Source: Octopus sinensis (taxonomy: Eukaryota). From it: 64,000 nt of DNA. The stretch covers positions 9,486,001 through 9,550,000 of the forward strand of contig NC_043024.1 in the NCBI RefSeq assembly GCF_006345805.1, given 5' to 3'. Positions 39,761-53,191 of this stretch are shown piece after piece (within the stretch, counting starts at the first letter, position 1; each line of letters starts with the position of its first letter). The notes beneath the pieces are model-generated. The model saw only the letters and a program-made list of their open reading frames with translations. It searched no databases and was not told the DNA's origin. A program made the position numbers and the translations under genes.

Positions 39761-41639
39761 TTAGTGAATTGAAGAAATGGAGTTGAACGAAGATTGAACA
39801 GAAATCCTTTTATTGCATTCTAGGATTTCTGTTCAATCTTCGTTCAACTCCATTTCTTCAATTCACTAATAATATTAAAATTCAATTATCCGCACCAACG
39901 CACGGTTGCAACACCATATGGTTGTACCTCCAACCGTGCTTTCTTCTGCTGTGATTTTTGCTACCAAGGTATCGGTTAAACTTTTGATTAATCTGCAACA
40001 AGATTATTCATCTTTCTATTTCACCAAATATATATATATATATGTATACACACACACACACACGCATGACGGGCTTTTTTCAGTTCCTGTCTACCAAATC
40101 CACTCACAAGGCTTTGGTCAGCCCAAGGCTATAGTAGAAAACACTTGCCGAAGGTGCCACACAGCGGGACTGAACTCAGAACCACGTGGTTCGGAAGCAA
40201 ACTTCTTATCACACAGCCACATCTGTGCCTATGAATGGTTGCCACTGGATTCAAACCATTCGGCGGGGAGAAGCAGCAGCAGCAGCAGGAGCAGCTACCA
40301 TCTACCATCACATCTTATAAAACAGAATAAAGTATTTCCTGTTATTTTTTCCGGCAGTTTCTATTTCTTTCCCAATAACAATGACTTTCAGTAAACTGGA
40401 AATTCTTACAAACGTTTTTCTTTACTCTTTTACATGTTTCAGTCATTTGACTGTGGCAATGCTGGAGCACTGCCTTTAGTCGAGCAAATCGACTCCGGGA
40501 CTTATTCTTTGTAAGCCCAGTACTTATTCTATCGGCCTCTTTTGCCGAACCGCTAAGTGACGGGGACGTAAACACACCAGCATCGGTTGTCAAGCAATGC
40601 TAGGGAGACAAACATATACACACAAACACACACATACATATATATATATATACATATATACGACAGGCTTCTTTCAGTTTCCGTCTACCAAATCCACTGA
40701 CAAGGCATTGGTCGGCTCGAGGCTATAGTAGAAGACACTTGCCCAAGATGCCATGCAGTGGGACTGAACCTGGAACCATGTGGTTGGTTAGCAAGCTATT
40801 TACCACACAGCCACTCCTGCGCCTATGTTTGTAATTTTTATATCTTAATTAAAAGGGGAAGAGCAATGTTTATGAGTTTTTTTCCCACCTTTTTTACAGG
40901 GAGGAGCGGCGGAGGGGGTGGAGGAAGCACCTGTTTATTCATGGATGGTTGAATTGTTTGTAACACCTGGCTGGTTGGGTAAACCCTGCAAATTACTCAG
41001 TCATGAAAATAAAATATCAGCACCACAACCACTACACCTACTACACTACCTCCCTCTCTACAACTACCATGACTAGCCACCACCACTACTACCACCACTA
41101 CATCCACTCCCACTACCTCCCTCTCCACAACTACCTTGACTATAGCCACCACCACCACCACCACTACATCCACTCCCCACAACTACCATGACTATAGCCA
41201 CCACCATCACCACCTGTTATGTCAGCCAGGTACATATCAATGCTGACCCCCACACCTTTTCACTCAATAACCTCCAATACTTCAACCACAGCCAACCCTA
41301 ACCCTAACCCTAAAACACTTGTCTTTTATTTGATTTATTTACATAGAAATACCCAGGAAGTCCTGTAAGAAAGTACAGGCTATTTGTACTCTATAGTTCT
41401 AACTCAGTGTTGCCTTACTCACTGGACTTTATATTGACCACATAGGTCTGAAATAAGGGAGTCTTTTGATAGTCCATGCTTACTCATACAGACAACTTAA
41501 TAGTCAGACAGTACTTACACACAATCTCTCTCTCTCTCACACACACACACAGCCATAGGCACCCCCACACACAAACACTCCTGCAGTAAGAAGTGACTCA
41601 GATCAAGACTTCCACCAACGCATGGTGGAAGCCAGCGGA

Positions 41640-42270
41640 TCTTTTCCGTTTGAACTGCAGTTTTTTAAAATAATTTCCACGTAACTAAAAAATTTTAAAC
41701 TTCGTATACTGGTAGAATGTGTTTATAAAACATCTTTTTCTCTTGGCTTTATTGAGAAAATTCTATGGTTTGTAAGATATTTGTTGTTTTTTTTTCCTTC
41801 AATTTCTGCAATTTCAACCAATCAATGACATCTATTGAGATAAAAAACAGGAACCTTTCGGTTCAAACGGCAGTTTTTAACATAATTTCTAGGTAACTAA
41901 AAAAAGTTTAAACTTCGTATACTGGTAGAATGTGTTTATAAAACATCTTTTTCTCTTGGCTTTATTGAGAAAATTCTATAGTTTGTAAGATATTTGTTGT
42001 TTTTTTTCTTCAATTTCTGCAATTTCAACCAAACAATGACATCTATTGAGGTAAAAAAAACAGGATCTTTTCGGTTTGAACGGCAGTTTTTAACATAATT
42101 TCTAGGTAACTAAACACTTTTAAACTTCGTATACTGGTAGAATGTGTTTATAAAACATCTTTTTCTCTTGGCCTTATTGAGAAAATTCTATAGTTTGTAA
42201 GATATTTGTTGGTTTTTTTTTCTTCAATTTCTGCAATTTCAACCAATCAATGACGTCTATTGAGGTAAAC
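41640..42270. repeat. ~213-bp tandem triplication of a dispersed repeat
   Basis: cttcgtatactggtagaatgtgtttataaaacatc recurs three times at about 212-213 bp spacing. Confidence 0.85.
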
Positions 42271-42313
42271 AACATTCTGTGCAACATTTTGGTAGATAAA
42301 AAGAAGCCCATCT

Positions 42314-42355
<42 letters not shown>

Positions 42356-42721
42356 TGCATCATACCACCACTAGACCACTACTGTTGGTTTGTTTACATC
42401 CTGATAACCTAGCAGCTCGGCAAAAGAGATCGATAAAATAAGTACCAGACTCCAAATACGAAAAGAAAAGAAAAAAGAAGTACTGAGATCAATTTGTTCA
42501 AGCAAAACAAATAAAAGAATAATTACACACAGAATTTTGAGTAGGCTGGACAATGCCTCACAGTTCTGCGACCCTATATAATGGATATATTATACAGAAT
42601 CACAATGCGTTTGTTGTTGGGCACACAGTGTGGTAAATGAGTTATATCCTTGATATATGTTTATCATCACAAGTTTTATATGCTTTATACACACTTCCGA
42701 ACACACACAAATACAACCCAT

Positions 42722-42759
<38 letters not shown>

Positions 42760-43115
42760 TAAAATAAACATTATTCCTTTTTTATATCAAAGGGTTTTTT
42801 TGTATGATTGCGACTGCAGGCAACCATATATATATATACTCTTTACTCTTTTTACTTTTTCACTTGTTTTCAGTCATTTGACTGCGGCCATGCTGGAGCA
42901 CCGCCATTAATCGAGCAACTCGACCCCGGGACTTATTATTTTTGTAAGCCCAGCACTTATTCTATCGGTCTCTTTTGCCGAACCGCTAAGTAACGGGGAC
43001 TTATTCTTATCGGTCTCTTTTGCCAAACCACTAAGTAACGGGGACATAAACACACCAGCATCGGTTGTCAAGCAATGCTAGGGGGACAAACGCACTCACA
43101 CAAACACACACACGC

Positions 43116-43148
<33 letters not shown>

Positions 43149-43386
43149 TACGACGGGCTTCTTTCAGTTTCCGTCTACCAAATCCACTCACAAGGCATTG
43201 GTCGGCCTGATGCTATAGCAGAAGACACTTGCCCAAGGTGCCCCGCAGTGGGACTGAACCCGGAACCATGTGGTTCGTTAGCAAGCTACTTACCACACAT
43301 CCACTCCTACGCCTATATGTATGGGATGGTTAACATGTAAACATATTAACCATACCACCCATGCTAGCATGGCAGGCGGATGTACA

Positions 43387-43418
<32 letters not shown>

Positions 43419-44062
43419 AATGATATATACATATATGTCGGATGTTGTAGAATCATGACATGTTACTGACAATATGTTGAAATAGACCCAGCCAACCCCG
43501 ACCAACACAAAGAGCTCACCACCACCACCACCAGCACCACCACCATCACCACCACCTGTAAAACAATCCTGGTGATGACCATAACACTGGTGAAGATGAC
43601 ATATGCATGCGTAAAATAATGATATATATGTGTGTATATATGTATTTACAAACCAATGATGACGTATATACATGTGTGTGTGCGTGTGTATATATATACA
43701 TAAAACATTTGTGTGCATGTGTGTATAAAACAACTGACCATGTGTGTATATACAAACCAATTATATGCAGGTTTATGTATATGTATGTTTAAACCAATTA
43801 TATGTGTATGTAAAAGCTAATTATATATAAGTGTGTGGGTGTATGTATGCGTATAAACACACACAGCACAGTGTTCGTGTGTGTGTGTAAATATGTGTCT
43901 TTGTGTATATGTATGTGTGTATGTATTTACAACAAGGCAATGCCATCAGAAGTGTTATTATTAATGGCTGCAGTATTAAGATTTCAAGAACTCTATAAAA
44001 AAAAAAAAAAACAACAAAAGAGGTTAATAGTGGAATATGGAAGTGACGGAAAAATCAATGGT

Positions 44063-44076
44063 GTTGCCATGGTAAC
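44063..44076. promoter_or_regulatory. Candidate RFX X-box
   Basis: GTTGCCATGGTAAC matches the GTTNCCATGGNAAC consensus; motif match only. Confidence 0.35.
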
Positions 44077-44234
44077 CTAACCTGTGCTCCACCCACCACC
44101 TCTCACTACACCTCTTTCACTATAACAACTCAATCGCCACCACCGCCACACTGCAACACCTTACGCCACAAAACTATGCACTTCAGATGACAACTTCTAG
44201 GCCAACATGTGTGTGTGCATGTATATATATATGT

Positions 44235-44280
<46 letters not shown>

Positions 44281-44662
44281 TGTGTGTGTTTACACAACTT
44301 CAGTCCATAGGTTTAACATCTGTTTTTCCATGCTAGCATGGGTTAGACATGAATGCACTTGAGGCTGGACTTCACTGCCAGATGCTTTTCCTGCCACCGG
44401 CGCTTATCAGTTTTTCAACTAAGGGGCCTAAATTTTTTTATCCCTCAGATTTTTTCAAAATGAAGAATGACCAACCATTATATCAAAAAGGAATGGAAAT
44501 ATCATAAAAAACATTTTCCTCTACACAAACTCAGATGTCAACATTCATACACACACACGCACACAGACTTACATAAGGGGCTTCCTACGCTATTTCTCTC
44601 TCTCTCACTCTATCTCTCTTCTGGCCAACTACATTGAATGATATGGAATAACCTGGGATTAT

Positions 44663-44887
44663 TTAACCCTTTAGTGTTCAGATTACTGTTAAATGTAATA
44701 CTTTTTCGCTCAAATTGTTTTGAATTAATCATGCATTGTCTAATAGCTTTGAGGTTTCAATGATGTGATTGTTTATTTTAGAATGTCAATGTAGGTAAGG
44801 TGTGAGAGACTAGATATTGCCAGTTTGAATATAAAACATTTAGAATATTTGGGCCAGATATGGCTGGTTTAAATACTAAAGGGTTAA
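44663..44887. mobile_element. Second TTAA-flanked MITE family, single copy
   Basis: TTAACCCTTTAG ... CTAAAGGGTTAA terminal inverted repeats. Confidence 0.85.
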
Positions 44888-45239
44888 GGTAAACAATCCC
44901 AATGCCTTCCAATGCTTTGATTGAAGCTGCATGGAAAAGATTTTTAACCAGGAAGAAACCTGAATGCAGCTGAACAAACAGGATGCAAAAGAACATCACA
45001 TAACAAGATATCCAAGCAGCGGAAACATATGTCAGACGAAGTTTGAAAGAGAATATACTGTAGAAAAGACAAATAATAAAAATTGTGCAGGAGTGGCTGT
45101 GTGGTAAGTAGCTTGGTTACCAACCACATGGTTCCAGGTTCAGTCCCACTGCGTGGCACCTTGGGCAAGTGTCTTCTACTATAGCCTTGGGCCAACCAAA
45201 GCCTTGTGAGTGGATTTGGTAGACGGAAACTGAAAGAAG

Positions 45240-45306
<67 letters not shown>

Positions 45307-46364
45307 GTATATGTTTGTGTGTCTGTGTTTGCCCCCGCCCACCAACTGAGGTTTGTGTGTTTACATCCCTGTAACTTAGCGGTTTGGCAAAACAGACCAA
45401 TAGAATAATAAGTGCTATGCTTACAAAGGATAAGTCTTGGGGTTGATTTGCTTGACTTAAGGGGGTGCTCCAGCATGGCCACAGACAAATGACTGAAGCA
45501 AGAATAAAATTATATCGCCTGACTGGCCCTCATGCCGGTGGCACATAAAAGCACTCACTACACTCTTGGAGTGGTTGGCATTAGGAAGGGCATCCAGGTG
45601 TAAAAACTCTGCCAGATCAGATTGGAGCCTGGTGCGGCCATCTGGTTCACCAGTCCTCAGTCACATCGTTCAACCCATGCTAGCATGGAAAGCGGACATT
45701 AAACGATGATGATGATATATATATATATACATCATATAAACTTCAATATTCTATTTACAGAACAACAAACTATAACAACATTATGAGTCTTCCATATGAC
45801 ACTTTGACGCATCAGAGATACAATATTACTACTGTATTACGTCAAGGTGGTGAGCAGGCAGAAACATTAGCACGTTGGACGAAATGCTTAGAGGTATTTC
45901 ATCTGCCGTTAAGTTCAAATTCCACCGAGGTCGACTTTGCCTTTCATCCTTTCAGGGTCGATAAATTAAGTACCAGTTACACCCTGGGGTCGTTGTAATC
46001 GACTTAATCCGTTTGTCTGTCCTTGTTTATCCCCTCTATGTTTAGCCCCTTGTGGGTAGTAAAGAAATAGGTATTTTGTCTGTCTTTATGTTCTGAGTTC
46101 AAATTCCGAGGTTGATTTTGCCTTTTATCCTTTCGGGGGCGATAAATTAGGTACTTATTTCTTTATTGCCCACAAGGGGCTAAACATAGAGGGAACAAAC
46201 AAGGACAGACAAAGGGACTAAGTCGATTACATTGACTCCAGTGTGTAACTAGTACTTACTTAATTGACCCCGATATCTGATGCAGTCGATCTAATCGACT
46301 GGTCCCCACCTCTCCAAAAATTTTGGGCCTTGTGCCTAAACTAGAAGTGAATATTGTATTATAT

Positions 46365-47725
46365 CAAAGCACCATCTGATCGTGGCCGTTGCCAGCCTTG
46401 CCTGGCCCCCGTGCTGGTGGCACGTAAAAAGTACCATCCAATTGTGGCTGTTGCCAGCCTCGCCTGGCCCCCATGCTGGTGGCACGTAAAAAGTACCATC
46501 CGATCGTGGCCGTTTGCCAGCCTCGCCTGGCCCCCGTGCTGGTGGCACGTAAAAAGTACCATCCCATCGTGGCCGTTGCCAGCCTTGACTGGCCCCCGTG
46601 CTGGTGGCATGTAAAAAGCACCATCCAATTGTGGCTGTGTTGCCAGCCTCGCCTCCTGGCCCCTGTGCTGGTGGCACGTAAACAAGCACCATCCAATTGT
46701 GGAGTTGCCAGCCTCGCATGGCCCCCCCCGGTGGTGGCACGGAAAAAGGTACCATCCGATCGTGGCCGTTTGCCAGCCTCGCTGGCCCTTGTGCTGGTGG
46801 CAGTAAAAAGCACCATCCGATCATGGCCGTTGCCAGCCTCGCCTGGCCCCCGTGCTGGTGGCACGTAAAAAGCACCATCGATCATGGCAGTTGCCAGCCT
46901 CGCCTGGCCCCCGTGCTGGTGGCGCAAAAGTACCATCCGATCGTGGCCGTTTGCCAGCCTCGCCTGGCCCCTGTGCTGTGTGGCACGTAAAAAGCACCAT
47001 CCATTGTGGCTGTGCAGCCTCGCCTGGCCCCCGTGCTGGTGGCACGAAAAAAAGTACCAACGATCGTGGCCGTTTGCCAGCCTGCCTGGCCCCTGTGTGG
47101 TGGCACGTAAAAAGCACCATCCAAATGTGGTGTTTGCCAGCCTCGCCTGGCCCCTGTGCTGGTGGCACGTAAAAAAGCAACCATCCAATGTGGCTGTTGC
47201 CAGCCTGCTGGCCCCCGTGCTGGTGGACGTAAAAAGTTACCATCCGATCGTGGCTGTTGCCAGCCTCGCCTGGCCCCTGTGCTGGTGGCACGTAAAAAGC
47301 CACCATCCAATTGTGGCTGTTGCCAGCCTCGCCTGGCCCCCGTGCTGGTGGCACGTAAAAAGTACCATCCGATCGTGGCCGTTTGCCAGCCTCGCCTGGC
47401 CCCCGTGCTGGTGGCACGTAAAAAGTACCATCCCATCGTGGCCGTTGCCAGCCTTGACTGGCCCCCGTGCTGGTGGCATGTAAAAAGCACCATCCGACCG
47501 TGGCTGTTGCCAGCCTCGCTGGCCCCCGTGCTGGTGGCACGTAAAAAGTACCCACTACACTCTCGGAGTGGTTGGCATTAGGAAGGGCATCCAGCTGTAG
47601 AAACATTGCCAGATCAGACTGGAGCCTGGTGCAGCCATCTGGTTCACCAGCCCACAGTCAAACCGTCCAATCCAAGCTAGCATGGAAAGCGGACGCTAAA
47701 TGAGATGATGATGATGATGATGAAT
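46365..47725 (+). mobile_element. Retroposon with expanded 62-63-bp minisatellite (about 19 units)
   Basis: Array at 46365-47550, followed by the standard 3' end and an (ATG)n tail at about 47700-47722. Confidence 0.85.
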
Positions 47726-50700
47726 ATAGCAACAGTCACACCACAAACAACAACAACACATACAGAGCACCAATACACAATTCACACCACACCTGACCAC
47801 CTTTAAACCAGCACTGACTAAGATAGTTTATGATAATATCATGTTGCATTGACAGTTTCAAGGTCGACAATGTCAGGCCAGGACTGAATGTTGTTAGTTT
47901 CAGTTAGACAGTTGCAGGATATAATTTATTGCTACCAATGGGCGGCAGTAGCACCACCACCACCACCATCACCGCTAACAATTCTCCCATTCAGCTGCTC
48001 ATCTCACCTGACCAAAGTTTTTCAACTCATAGTTGTATTCTATACATACTTGATTTATGTTTTTAGTATAGATACACATACACACACACATATATATTCA
48101 CATTAGTAGTAACACTACTATATATACACATATATATACACATATATATAAGAGGGAAACCACTATGTGGACACCCATATGCTAGAAATAGACCCGCTAG
48201 CATATGGGTGACTACGTAGTGGTTTCCCCTCTAATATATATATAATACAATTTTACTGAACCTTCAGTTTTTTTATATGCTAGACCACTGGTGTGAAATC
48301 GATGTTAATTAAATTAATATCTAATCTCTCACCTTCATTTTTAATTTAATATATATATACACACACAGAGTTGAAAATAGCAATGCCATATATATATATA
48401 TATATATACTCTTTATTCTTTTACACATTTCAGCCCTAAGGTGGTGGCCATGCTGGGGCATCACCAGTGTAATCACCCCTTTAATGATCAATTAAATATA
48501 TATATATATATATACATACACTCACACACAATATTTACACACATACATATATACATCAATAGTAATACAACAATATATACATATACACTATACACACACA
48601 CATTTAATAGTAAGAATACATACATACACACACACAAATAGATAGATAGATAGATAGATAATCACCCTATAGACATATGGTGGTGCTATTAAGTTAGACA
48701 TGGCCTGGGCCCATACTGGCCGAAACCTATCAAAGTTATATACATATGCCAATACAAGCCAATGTATGACTGGCTAGAAATAGTAGCCAAATCTCTTCAT
48801 CAAATCACACCCTACCATCTTCAAGTGAAGGACATATTAGATAATGTAGTCCTAGATACACTAAGTCTGACTAAAAGGTGGAATGGTCATGGCTGGAACA
48901 TCTTCAATCATAGGTCAGCTGCTTTACAGCTGGCCTAGGGCTAAGCAACAACAACAAGAGACATGTGGCATGAATAAAAGATGTGTTGGTCATGGCTGGA
49001 ATGTCTGAGCAAAGGTCTGCTGGGATTAAGGGTTTTAACCCAGGGTTTAAATAACCTCATTCTAAATTAGATAAACTGTTTACTTTCCATTCTGTCATCA
49101 CAAAAACCCATCCACCAACCACCACCATCATCATCATCACCACTGCCACAACCACCACCACCACCACCACCACCACAGCCATCATCACCACCACCGCCGC
49201 TGCCACCACCACCATCATCAACACCACCACAACCACCACCACAGCCATCGTCACCACCACCACCATCATCATCACCGCCACCACTAATTTATAAATATAT
49301 CTGTTATTGTTGCCTGTCAACATTACTGCATCATACACCTTTCTTTCTTTCTTTCTTTAAGATCAACCATGACCCTCACCCCTCACCGCCAATCCCTCTC
49401 TTTCTCTGCAATGAAATGTTTTCTGAAACCAGCTTTAAATAAAAGTATCCGATGACAACAACAGCAGGCTGTGGAAGACTAGGAAGAGGACGGAGGGGAG
49501 ACAGAAGAAGGGGGGGAGTAAGAAGCTGGACGGAAGAGGAAACCAGACCAAGGAAGAAGAAGAAGAATCCGGAAGGAGGAAGAGGAGGCGGAGGAGGAGG
49601 AGGAGGAAAAAAGAATCTGGAAGAACAGAGACGAAAGAATAGAAGAGAAGAACATATCTCTTTACTCTTTTACTTGTTTCAGTCATTTGACTGCGGCCAT
49701 GCTGGAGCACCGTCTTTTTTAGTCGAGCAACTCGACCCCCCCCGGGACTTATTCTTTTTTGTAAGCCCAGTACTTATTCTATCGGTCTCTTTTTGCCGAA
49801 CCGCTAAGTAACGGGGATGTAAACACACCAGCATCGGTTGTCAAGCAATGTGAGGGGGACAAACACAGACACAACACATATATATATATATATATATATT
49901 TATACATATATACGACGGGCTTCTTTCAGTTTCCGTCTACCAAATCCACTCGTAAGTCATTGGTCGGCCCGAGGCTATAGTAGAAGACACTTGCCCAAGG
50001 TGCCACGCAGTGGGACTGAACCCGGAACCATGAGGTTGGTAAGCAAGCTACTTACCACATAGCCATTCCTACGCCAATGAAAATAGTTTGATAATAAAAT
50101 AACATTTACCATACTTACTCATCTATAAGTCACACTCGTGCCTAAGTTACACTCATGTATGAGTCACTTAATTTTGTGCTAAATCCTGGGGTAATTGTTT
50201 TCTTTTCATACTCATACTCTTTATCTGCTTTGCCCCATGCATAAGTTACACCCTGGTTTTTCTAAACCCCTTTTTTTAAATATTTTAGTTAAAATCAAGT
50301 CTAAAACAGTTTGACTTTATACAAGAGTATATAGGCGCAGGAGTGGCTGTGTGGTAAGTAGCTTGCTTACGAACTACATGGTTCTGGGTTCAGTCCCACT
50401 GCGTGGGCAAGTGTCTTCTACTATAGCCTCGGGCTGACCAAAGCTTTGTGAGTGGATTTGGTAGACGGAAACTGAAAGAATCCCATCGTATATATGTATG
50501 TATGTATGTATGTATATATATACACATATATATATATGTGTGTGTTTGTGTGTGTGTCCCCAACATCGCTTGACAACCAATGCTGGCGTGTTTACATCCC
50601 CGTCACTTAGCGGTTCGGCAAAAGGAACCGATAGAATAAGTACTAGGCTTACAAAGAATAAGTCCAGGGGTCGATGTGCGCGATCGACTAAAGGCGGTGC

Positions 50701-51235
50701 TCCAGCATGGCTGCAGTCACATGACTGAAACAAGTAAAAGAGTAAAAAAGAATAATCCTTGTTTGCATGAAAAACAGGCACTAAAAACCAACAAACAAAT
50801 ATATTTAAGAGATTAGTAAAGATTTCCTTTCAGTTAGAGTCTAAGACTCTACTCTTATTTCAGGACAATTTTGAGCTGCTTTTTTATGAAAATTAATCTG
50901 TCAACTGTACCATTAATCCTTTGATAATCCAACCCACCTGAAACTGCTTCTGGTTCTGCGATACAAACTTCCTGTTTTAATCCTTTAGCATTCAGATTAG
51001 CCTGTGAAATGTAACTCTCTCCTTTACTCTTTTACTTGTTTCAGGCATGTGACTGTGGCCATGCTGGAGCACTGCCTTTTAGTCGAGCAAATCGACCCCA
51101 TGACTTATTCTTTACAAGCCTAGTACTTATTCTATCGGTTTCTTTTGCTGAACTGCTAAGTTACAGGGACGTAAACACACCAGCATCGGTTGTCAAGCGA
51201 TAGTGGGGGGACAAACACAGACACACAAACATATA

Positions 51236-51279
<44 letters not shown>

Positions 51280-52534
51280 TATTTTACTCTTTTACTTGTT
51301 TCAGTCATTTGACTGCGGCCATGCTGGAGCACCGCCTTTAGTTGATCGAGAAAAATCGCCCCCAGGATTTATTCTTTGCAAGCCCAGCACTTATTCTATT
51401 GGTGACGTAAACACACCAGCATCGGTTGTCAAGCGATGTTGGGGGGTGGGGGGGAGATTAAAGGCAGTGCTCCAGCATGGCCACAGTCAAATGACTGAAA
51501 AAAGTAAAAGAGTAAAAGAGATATGGTAACAAAAGGGTTGAACACTACAACCGCGCTAACACGGAGCATCAAAGGTCGATGATTTTGTAGAAGGGTATAA
51601 GATACCCGAGTTACAAAAAACCATTGTTACCTGTCAGAGACTGGTATCAGGACCAAGGAGGGGAATAGATTTACCTCTTATCTATTAATGCGTAACACAT
51701 CCCAAGGCTCAGGAGTGGCTGTGTGGTAAGTAGCTTGCTTACCAACCACATGGTTCCGGGTTCAGTCCCACTGCGTGGCACCTCGGGCAAGTGTCTTCTA
51801 CTATAGCCTCGGGCCGACCAAAGCCTTGTGAGTGAATTTGGCAGACGGAAACTGAAAGAAGCCCATCGTATATATGTATATATATGTATGTGTATATGTG
51901 TGTATATATGTCTGTGTTTGTCCCCCTAGCATTGCTTGACAACCGATGCTGGAATGTTTACGTCCCCGTAACTTAGCGGTTCAGCAAAAGAAACTGATAG
52001 AATAAGTACTAACTAGACTTACAAGAATAAGTCCTGGGTCGTTTTGCTCGACTAAAGCCAGTGCTCTATCATGGCCGCAGTCAAATGACTGAAACCAAGT
52101 AAACGAGTAACAGACATATGGTAACAAAAAGGTTGAACACTACAACCGCGCTAACACGAGCATCAAAGGTCGATGATTTTGTAGAAGGGTATAAGATACC
52201 CGAGTTACAGAAAACCATTGTTACCTGTCAGAGACTGGTATCAGGACCCAGGAGGGGGATAGATTTACCTCTTATCCGCTAATGCGTAACACATCCCAGA
52301 GGTAAAAGGTTCTGCTGTCTTCTGATAAATGTCTATCATCAGAACCTCTGACTTTGGTTAATCTTCAGAGAAGCCATCAGATAACAACCCAACAATGCCT
52401 CCTTATGAAAACAATTATCTTTGTCGTTATTTACTTATAATTAACTGCTTATCTAAGAGGTCTGCTTGGATATCCTTTTTATAGCCCCCCTCCCGCCGGG
52501 GGGGGGGGGATTGCTAATTGCTGGCCCTACCAGC

Positions 52535-52634
52535 NNNNNNNNNNNNNNNNNNNNNNNNNNNNNNNNNNNNNNNNNNNNNNNNNNNNNNNNNNNNNNNNNN
52601 NNNNNNNNNNNNNNNNNNNNNNNNNNNNNNNNNN
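52535..52634. other. Assembly gap (100 N)
   Basis: Directly visible. Confidence 1.
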
Positions 52635-52827
52635 AAGTAGTAGTAGTAGTAGTAGTAGTAGTAGCAGCAGCATACAGCAGCAAGCAGCAGTAGTAGTATT
52701 AGTAGTAGTAGTAGTAGTAGTAGTTTTGACACCCTCCAGTTAGTTGGCAACGTGACCAACGCTCTCCAAGCTGAGAAGAATGGAACAGACATGAAACGAC
52801 AATGGAGACACTTCTAAGAATTCAGTC

Positions 52828-52894
52828 TCAAGTTGCGTCTCGCCTGAAGACATTTCGAAACGTATTCGGGGGAAAAGTGGTCGATACGTTTTGT
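52828..52894 (-). CDS. Possible terminal exon of the coiled-coil gene
   Basis: Acceptor gacacttgcag|; the phase-2 frame gives (I)QNVSTTFPPNTFRNVFRRDAT*; CpG-rich like the other exons. No homology support. Confidence 0.25.
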
Positions 52895-52970
52895 CTGCAA
52901 GTGTCAGTGACTACGTGTTATTTTTTTTGTATATATATAATACGCATATATATATATATATATATATTAT

Positions 52971-53008
<38 letters not shown>

Positions 53009-53146
53009 ATAGCGTTTACTATATAATATATATATATACTAACATAAATGCATAGAGTTAGACATAAACATACCTACCTACATACATACATACACACACA
53101 CGCGCACATACACACATAACACACACACACACACATCACACACACA

Positions 53147-53191
<45 letters not shown>

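Noticed and set aside
41295-41312. (AACCCT)3 telomere-like repeat
   Set aside because: Only three units, expected by chance or simple slippage.
44900-45058. Hydrophobic minus-strand frame (..VMFFCILFVQLHSG) as the integrin signal-peptide exon
   Set aside because: No FNLD/FG.S motif follows, and the phases cannot be linked to exon 15478.
52840-52870. CTGAAGA...GAAACGTA hammerhead-like string
   Set aside because: Neither stem II nor stem I can form.
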